Assembly: GCA_020632265.1 (NCBI GenBank)
Contig: JACKFW010000001.1
Coordinates: 75,785-139,784, forward strand
DNA length: 64,000 bases
Direction: 5' to 3'
Origin: Pseudomonadales bacterium
Lineage (GTDB): Bacteria; Patescibacteriota; Microgenomatia; UBA1400; PJMF01
The position numbers and the translations under genes are program-made. Within the stretch, counting starts at the first letter, position 1; each line of letters begins with the position of its first letter. This document shows, one piece after another, positions 58,989 to 64,000 of the stretch. The notes below the pieces were generated by a model. That model was not told the origin of the DNA. It worked only from the letters and a program-made list of their open reading frames with translations, and did no database searches.

Positions 58989-60131
58989 ATGAAAGAAAGC
59001 ACTGATACAAAAAATAATCTTGGTCAGGAAATACCAAAACCCAAACCAAAAACCACACCCAAGGCTGTTCCAACTGCTGGATCGATCTTCATAAAAGCCA
59101 CTTTATTAAGCTTGTTTTTTGTGATGATAATGCTGATCATCACCGCTTTTGGATTTGGGATTTGGAGTTTAAATAAGCTGAATAATTTTGCAAGACTTTC
59201 TGGTACTTCGCTTACCGAGTTAAACACAATTTTTCAAGCTGGATGGAATTTGCCAATCACTCAATCTGAGGGACATAAAAATATTCTTCTACTAGGAGTC
59301 GATAGCCTGGAATCAAGACCAGGAAGTCCAGCTCTAACTGATACAATCATGATAATTTCCACTAATTTTAAAACTGGAGAAATTTCAACCATTTCCTTGC
59401 CAAGAGACTTGTGGAGTGATGAATATTTAACCAGAATAAATGCGCTCTACTTTTATGGTCAAGAAAAATATCCTTCTGAGCCTCAAAGATTTACCAAAGA
59501 AGTGGTGGAAAATCTTACTGGCGTTGAAATCCACCACACGATTGTGATTTCTATTAATTCAGTTGCCGAAATTATTGATATTTTGGATGGAGTTGACATT
59601 GATGTAGAACAAGGATTTACCGATACAGAATTTCCAAAAGGAAATGTAGACGTTACAATTGAAAGGGATCCTGCAAAACTTTATGAAACCATTACCTTTG
59701 AAAAAGGCTTACAACGTATGGATGGAGAAAGAGTCCTACAATATATTCGTAGTCGAAAATCTGGAGATGATCAAGGTGATGATATTTCAAGATCCAAGAG
59801 GCAGCAAATCGTGATCAATTCAATGATTGGCAAGTTGCAAAATTTTAACTTGCTGGCAGATGAAGTCGTACTTGCTAAATTATATAAATATTATAATCAA
59901 AATCTATCGAAACAATTTTCTATTGAAGAAGGAATTGCATCAATAAAAGCATTATATCCCTATAGAAATAAACTTACCTTCAATCCAAATAAGTTAAGCA
60001 TATTTCCTCAAGATCCAAACGGAGTAATTTCTAACCCTCCGGTCAATAAATATAAAGGAGAATGGGTTTACGAAATCAGAAACAGAGATCTTTTTAAAGA
60101 AGAAATTTTATCCAAACTTAATTTATTATAG
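58989..60131 (+). CDS. LytR-CpsA-Psr (LCP) family glycopolymer phosphotransferase, N-terminally membrane-anchored
   Basis: 380 aa. A single N-terminal TM follows a Pro/Lys-rich cytoplasmic tail. LCP core 'ILLLGVDSLESRPGSPALTDTIMIISTNFKTGEISTISLPRDLW' and 'VLQYIRSRK...DDISRSKRQQ'. Confidence 0.85.
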   Translation: MKESTDTKNNLGQEIPKPKPKTTPKAVPTAGSIFIKATLLSLFFVMIMLIITAFGFGIWSLNKLNNFARLSGTSLTELNTIFQAGWNLPITQSEGHKNILLLGVDSLESRPGSPALTDTIMIISTNFKTGEISTISLPRDLWSDEYLTRINALYFYGQEKYPSEPQRFTKEVVENLTGVEIHHTIVISINSVAEIIDILDGVDIDVEQGFTDTEFPKGNVDVTIERDPAKLYETITFEKGLQRMDGERVLQYIRSRKSGDDQGDDISRSKRQQIVINSMIGKLQNFNLLADEVVLAKLYKYYNQNLSKQFSIEEGIASIKALYPYRNKLTFNPNKLSIFPQDPNGVISNPPVNKYKGEWVYEIRNRDLFKEEILSKLNLL

Positions 60132-60142
60132 AAGAATTTAAA

Positions 60143-60376
60143 ATGAAATATATTTTAAAAATTGAAAAATCTAAACCAATATCGCAAAAAACTTTAACCA
60201 GGATCTTAGTTTTTATCATATTTATATTAAGTTTAATTGCTGGTTATTACCACAATGCTTTAATTTTAGAAAACCAAAAATATTTAAGACTGGAAGATAG
60301 ATATGTTAGAGTTAGAGGGGAATTAGGAATTGATGAAACTCAAAAACTTATTGATCAGTCCCGTCAAGAAAATTAA
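60143..60376 (+). CDS. Small single-pass membrane protein of unknown function
   Basis: 77 aa. One TM ('ILVFIIFILSLIAGYY') and a charged C-terminus. Tightly packed between the LCP gene and rmlB; no recognisable family. Confidence 0.3.
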   Translation: MKYILKIEKSKPISQKTLTRILVFIIFILSLIAGYYHNALILENQKYLRLEDRYVRVRGELGIDETQKLIDQSRQEN

Positions 60377-60414
60377 TTGATTATTATTTACAAACAATAA
60401 AGTATAAATAAATT

Positions 60415-61440
60415 ATGAAAAAAAACTCAACTCTCTTAGTAACCGGTGGTGCTGGATTTATCGGTGCCAATTTCGTTCATTATTGGTTGAATAATTATCC
60501 AGATACCAAAATTATTAACCTAGATTCCCTTACATATGCGGGTAATTTAACAAGTTTAACTGATATTAGTAGCAACCCCAACTACACCTTCATTGAAGGG
60601 AATATTACCAACAAAGAATTGGTTAATAAAATTATGGATGATGTTGATATTGTTGTTCATTTTGCTGCTGAATCGCATGTTGATCGTTCAATCCTAAATC
60701 CAGAAATTTTTCTAGAAACAAATGTAATGGGAACTCATGTTCTCCTAGAATCTGCTGTTAGAAATAAGATTGAGCGCTTCCACCATATATCAACTGATGA
60801 AGTTTTTGGCACTCTAAGTTTAGAAGATCTCAATTCAAAATTCAGTGAAAATACTCCTTATGACCCTAGAAGTCCATACTCTGCAAGCAAAGCCGCCTCA
60901 GACCATTTAGTTAGAGCATATGGAGAAACGTACAATCTTAAATACTCGATCACTAATTGTTCCAATAATTATGGCGAATTTCAACATCCAGAAAAATTAA
61001 TTCCACTAACAATAACCAATCTAATGGAAGATCTTGAAATTCCAGTTTATGGTGATGGAATGCAAGTTAGAGATTGGCTTTATGTCCAGGATCACTGCAA
61101 GGCAATAGACATGGTCTTAAATTCAGAAAATACGGACAAAACTTTTGTTGTTGGTGGTTTAAATGAAGATATACCCAACATTGAAATTATTAAAATGATC
61201 ATAAATTTAATGGGTAAAAGTGAAAATTTGATCAAATTTGTGAAAGATAGGGCTGGTCATGACAAGAGGTATAGTGTTGATTGGAGCAATATTAAAGAAA
61301 AATTAAATTGGACTCCCTCTGTCACTTTTGAAGAAGGATTGCAAAAAACAATTGATTGGTATAAAAATAATCAAAGCTGGTGGAAGCCTCTTAAAAACGA
61401 TAGTAAAGACTTCTTTTTAAAAAATTATCAAGGCCGCTAG
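60415..61440 (+). CDS. rmlB: dTDP-glucose 4,6-dehydratase
   Basis: 341 aa. 'LLVTGGAGFIGANFVHYWL', 'NLDSLTYAGNL', 'HFAAESHVDRSI', 'HISTDEVFG', 'YSASKAASDHLVRAY'. Confidence 0.9.
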   Translation: MKKNSTLLVTGGAGFIGANFVHYWLNNYPDTKIINLDSLTYAGNLTSLTDISSNPNYTFIEGNITNKELVNKIMDDVDIVVHFAAESHVDRSILNPEIFLETNVMGTHVLLESAVRNKIERFHHISTDEVFGTLSLEDLNSKFSENTPYDPRSPYSASKAASDHLVRAYGETYNLKYSITNCSNNYGEFQHPEKLIPLTITNLMEDLEIPVYGDGMQVRDWLYVQDHCKAIDMVLNSENTDKTFVVGGLNEDIPNIEIIKMIINLMGKSENLIKFVKDRAGHDKRYSVDWSNIKEKLNWTPSVTFEEGLQKTIDWYKNNQSWWKPLKNDSKDFFLKNYQGR

Positions 61441-61457
61441 GCATTAAAAGGAACTTA

Positions 61458-62063
61458 ATGATTGAAACAACATTTATACCAACTACTGAAAATAAAATTG
61501 GAGATTGTCTACACAAAACTTCGATAGAAGGTTTATATTATATTCCTCACAACTCTTTTCCAGACAAACGCGGATTTTATTCTGAATTAAGTATCATTCC
61601 AGAAATAGAAAAAGTAACTAATGAAAAATTTGTGATTAAACAAATGAATCAATCACGCTCTTACACCAATGTCGCAAGAGGCATTCATACAGAAAACTGG
61701 AACAAATTAATAAATGTCACTTCTGGACTTTGCTTTTGTGCTCTAATCGATTTAAGACCAGACTCTCCTACTTTTTCAAAATATGAAAGTTTTTATTTAG
61801 GAATTGATCAAAAAGCGCTTCAAGGATCACTTTATGTATCCAAAGGCATTGGTAATTCGATGTGCATTTTAAAAGGTCCAGTCGATTATATTTACGCAGT
61901 TGATGCAGTTTGGAAAGATCGTGATCCAAATGGTGATACTGCCATTGCTTTATTTGATCCTGACATTAACATTCAATGGCCAATTTCAAAAGATCAAATG
62001 ATTGTTTCTAAAAGAGATGTTGAAAGCATTCCTTTAAGAAATATGTTTCCTGATAAATTCTAA
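61458..62063 (+). CDS. rmlC: dTDP-4-dehydrorhamnose 3,5-epimerase (cupin)
   Basis: 201 aa. 'IEGLYYIPHNSFPDKRGFYSEL' (RmlC 'G.....p....D.RGfF.E' block) and 'RGIHTENW...KLINVTSG'. Confidence 0.75.
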   Translation: MIETTFIPTTENKIGDCLHKTSIEGLYYIPHNSFPDKRGFYSELSIIPEIEKVTNEKFVIKQMNQSRSYTNVARGIHTENWNKLINVTSGLCFCALIDLRPDSPTFSKYESFYLGIDQKALQGSLYVSKGIGNSMCILKGPVDYIYAVDAVWKDRDPNGDTAIALFDPDINIQWPISKDQMIVSKRDVESIPLRNMFPDKF

Positions 62064-62124
62064 ATTGACTAACAAAACTGGAAAAATTCTTACTGAATAT
62101 TTGAATATAAAAAGGTAACTCAAT

Positions 62125-63000
62125 ATGAAACAACCATTATTAGCTACGGGAATAAATGGACTAGTAGGTTCTAAAATCGACGAACTTCTCAGTGATAAAT
62201 ATTCTTTTGACTCTATGGATATATCAGATCCAGAATCTCCTGTGGATATAACTAATGAATCAGATGTCATGAATTCATTCAAGAATTCATCTGCAAATTT
62301 TGTAATTCATTTTGCTGCATACACTGATGTTACAGGAGCTTGGAACCAAAAAGACGATAAATCAGGAATTGCTTACAAAATTAATGTTATTGGCACAAAA
62401 AATATCATCAAAGCATGCAAACAATTCAATAAGCATTTGGTTCATATTTCAACCGCATATGTTTTTAATGGAGAAAACGAAGGATATTACACTGAAAATG
62501 ATCCCTTAAGTCCGATTGAGTGGTATGGTCAAACGAAAGCAGATGCGGAAATGGAAATTACCAATAGTGATATAAATTGGACAATACTTAGAATTGACCA
62601 ACCTTTTAGATCTGATAATTTTTCTAAACCAGATATTGTGAGAAGAATAGCTAGCGGACTTAAAAATAATAATTTATATCCACAATTTAGCAATCATTTT
62701 TTTGGTCCAACTTATATTGATGATTTCGCTTTAGTTATTGATTGGGTGATTAGAACTGGCTCAACAGGAATCTATAATTCTTCCTCTGGAGAAAAATGGA
62801 CTGATTTCGATTTTGCGAATTTGATCAATTCAACTTTTAATTTTAAAGGAGCCGTTACAGAAGGTGACTTAAATTCCTATTTAAAAACTTTAGATCGCCC
62901 ATATCAAATAAATACTGCTATGAATGTTGATAAATTGAAAAGCGAAATAGATTTTAAACTTAAGACAGTCGAAGAAGCAATTAAACTCGTCGATCTTTAA
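62125..63000 (+). CDS. rmlD: dTDP-4-dehydrorhamnose reductase
   Basis: 291 aa. 'LLATGINGLVGSKI', 'VIHFAAYTDVTGAW', 'HISTAYVFNG', 'YGQTKADAE' (the RmlD YxxxK region), 'ILRIDQPF'. Confidence 0.8.
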   Translation: MKQPLLATGINGLVGSKIDELLSDKYSFDSMDISDPESPVDITNESDVMNSFKNSSANFVIHFAAYTDVTGAWNQKDDKSGIAYKINVIGTKNIIKACKQFNKHLVHISTAYVFNGENEGYYTENDPLSPIEWYGQTKADAEMEITNSDINWTILRIDQPFRSDNFSKPDIVRRIASGLKNNNLYPQFSNHFFGPTYIDDFALVIDWVIRTGSTGIYNSSSGEKWTDFDFANLINSTFNFKGAVTEGDLNSYLKTLDRPYQINTAMNVDKLKSEIDFKLKTVEEAIKLVDL

Positions 63001-63061
63001 CTTTTTAGATTAACACCGGTATTCCATACTACTAATGATAGCTAATTTAACCCTGGACAGG

Positions 63062-63128
63062 GGCTTACTTTAGACTGATGGCATAATTTTAGTCTGATGA
63101 CTTAATTTTAGTCCGATGGCTTAATTTT
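63062..63128. repeat. 19-bp tandem repeat, ~3.5 copies, in the convergent intergenic region between rmlD and trmD
   Basis: 'agactgatggcataatttt' / 'agtctgatgacttaatttt' / 'agtccgatggcttaatttt' / 'agtccgatgg'. Preceded by a small GC-rich palindrome 'ccctggacagggg' (~63048..63060). The last partial unit overlaps the trmD stop codon region. Confidence 0.6.
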
Positions 63129-63807
63129 AGTCCGATGGTTTTTCTTGTATTTGCCGGCCTCTCCAATCTTCAACTTTCGTATGGTTTCCTCGCAATAAAA
63201 CTTCTGGGACTTCCCAACCGTTATAACTTCGTGGTCTCGTGTATTGAGCAAAGCCTAATTTTCCAGGAGTTGAATGTGACTCATTTAGAGTACTTTCTTG
63301 ATTGCCCAAAACATTTGGAAGCAATCTAATCACCGCGTCTGAAATAACCACTGCGGCAGCTTCGCCACCAGTCAAGACATAATCGCCGATTCTAATTTCT
63401 TCATCAATCAAATTTTCAGCAACACGTTCGTCAACACCTTCGTAATGACCACATATAATTGTTAGTTCGGTTAACTTAGAATAGTTTTTAGCGATATTCT
63501 GATCGAAAGGCTTGCCCTTAGCTGAGGTCAAAATTATTTTAGATTTTTTTGTTTTAATATTTGCACTCAGTGCTTTTGGTAAATATAAACTTTCAAGTGC
63601 CAAATGAATCGGTTCAACCTTCATAACCATACCAGGACCACCACCGAATGGACGATCATCAGTCAGTTTATGTTTATCTGTCGCAAAATTCCTAATATCA
63701 ACGATATTTATTTCAACCATAGCACCTTCGATTGCTCTTTTAATAATAGAAGTTGAAAAAGGAGACTTAAAATAGTCTGGAAAGATAGTCAAAATGTTTA
63801 CTTTCAT
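63127..63807 (-). CDS. trmD: tRNA (guanine37-N1)-methyltransferase
   Basis: 'MKVNILTIFPDYFKSPFSTSIIKRAIEGAMVEINIVDIRNFATDKHKLTDDRPFGGGPGMVMKVEPI' and 'IICGHYEGVDERV'. The ORF track extends 25 codons further upstream (to 63882), but conservation begins at the internal ATG at 63807. Confidence 0.9.
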   Translation of the reverse strand: MKVNILTIFPDYFKSPFSTSIIKRAIEGAMVEINIVDIRNFATDKHKLTDDRPFGGGPGMVMKVEPIHLALESLYLPKALSANIKTKKSKIILTSAKGKPFDQNIAKNYSKLTELTIICGHYEGVDERVAENLIDEEIRIGDYVLTGGEAAAVVISDAVIRLLPNVLGNQESTLNESHSTPGKLGFAQYTRPRSYNGWEVPEVLLRGNHTKVEDWRGRQIQEKPSD

Positions 63808-63881
63808 ACTAAACATTATACACTCTCCTAGTTCAAACAATTGAAAAATATTGATATCATTAAAGATATTATGGCTACTCA

Positions 63882-64000
63882 AGAAAATACAGGTCCAACT
63901 TTGACAAACTTTACTTACTTTAGTAGGCAGTTTGTTAAATATGGTTCAATCATCTTGGTTGTGTTAATGGTCGGAAGAGTATTGATTAATGGTTTTGTTG
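63882..64000 (+). CDS. Partial ORF (5' end only), hypothetical, possibly a membrane protein; truncated by the window edge
   Basis: ATG at 63882, reading 'MATQENTGPTLTNFTYFSRQFVKYGSIILVVLMVGRVLINGFV...' with no stop before the window end. Divergent from trmD. Confidence 0.2.

Noticed and set aside
63808-63882. N-terminal extension of trmD to 63882 as given in the ORF track
   Set aside because: Conservation with TrmD begins exactly at the internal ATG (63807, 'MKVNILTIFPDYF'). The 25 upstream codons ('MSSHNIFNDINIFQLFELGECIMFS') are not TrmD-like and would overlap the divergent promoter region. The shorter start was used.
1-64000. Alternative genetic code (for example code 25/4 with UGA reassigned), as seen in some low-GC candidate phyla
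   Set aside because: All recognisable genes give full-length, motif-complete proteins with standard stops. The few TGA codons that terminate ORFs do so at plausible gene ends, for example the wzm stop at 10157-10159. There is no sign of truncated paralogs that would be rescued by reading through UGA.
1-64000. tRNA, rRNA, CRISPR arrays, IS elements/transposases, integrases or phage genes
   Set aside because: Intergenic regions are mostly under 150 bp and AT-rich, without tRNA-like GC-rich cloverleaf segments. No regularly spaced repeats other than the two small repeat structures reported. No ORF with transposase, integrase or recombinase motifs (DDE, tyrosine-recombinase R-H-R-Y, serine-recombinase). 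Despite looking 'accessory', the cluster shows no mobile-element signatures within this window.

Overview
This 64 kb window is AT-rich (roughly 28-30% GC by eye) and almost entirely coding, in compact operons with many 1-23 bp gene overlaps. It reads with the standard genetic code; no rRNA, tRNA or CRISPR array was found. Essentially every gene belongs to one theme: assembly, modification and export of cell-surface glycans. I count about 18 large polytopic membrane proteins of the GT-C type, falling into at least five paralogous families (ArnT/PMT-like, an 'AWNP'-motif family, YfhO-like, PIG-V-like, DUF2079-like). There are about 12 GT2 genes and 3-4 GT4 (GT-B) genes, and three of the GT2 genes look like polyprenyl-phosphate-sugar synthases (DPM1/GtrB-like). 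There are five NAD-dependent sugar-nucleotide epimerase/dehydratases plus rmlB-rmlC-rmlD, but no rmlA in the window. Export and attachment genes comprise two Wzx-type flippases, one Wzm/Wzt ABC exporter, an O-antigen-ligase-domain fusion protein and an LCP (LytR-CpsA-Psr) transferase. The tailoring genes are two acyltransferase-3 O-acyltransferases and a SAM methyltransferase. An odd cytoplasmic pair, a PAPS-reductase-family PP-loop protein next to a nucleotide-pyrophosphatase/phosphodiesterase-like enzyme, sits inside the ABC-exporter operon. trmD is the only housekeeping gene, at the 3' end. The gene content (ArnT/PMT expansions, tiny intergenic regions, low GC) is typical of Patescibacteria/CPR or another low-GC bacterium, but I cannot assign taxonomy from sequence alone. 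The most interesting aspects are the multi-route glycosylation supercluster itself, the PP-loop/phosphodiesterase pair, the ligase fusion protein, and two small non-coding repeat structures: a 32-nt direct repeat in the promoter region of the LCP gene, and a 19-bp tandem repeat between rmlD and trmD.
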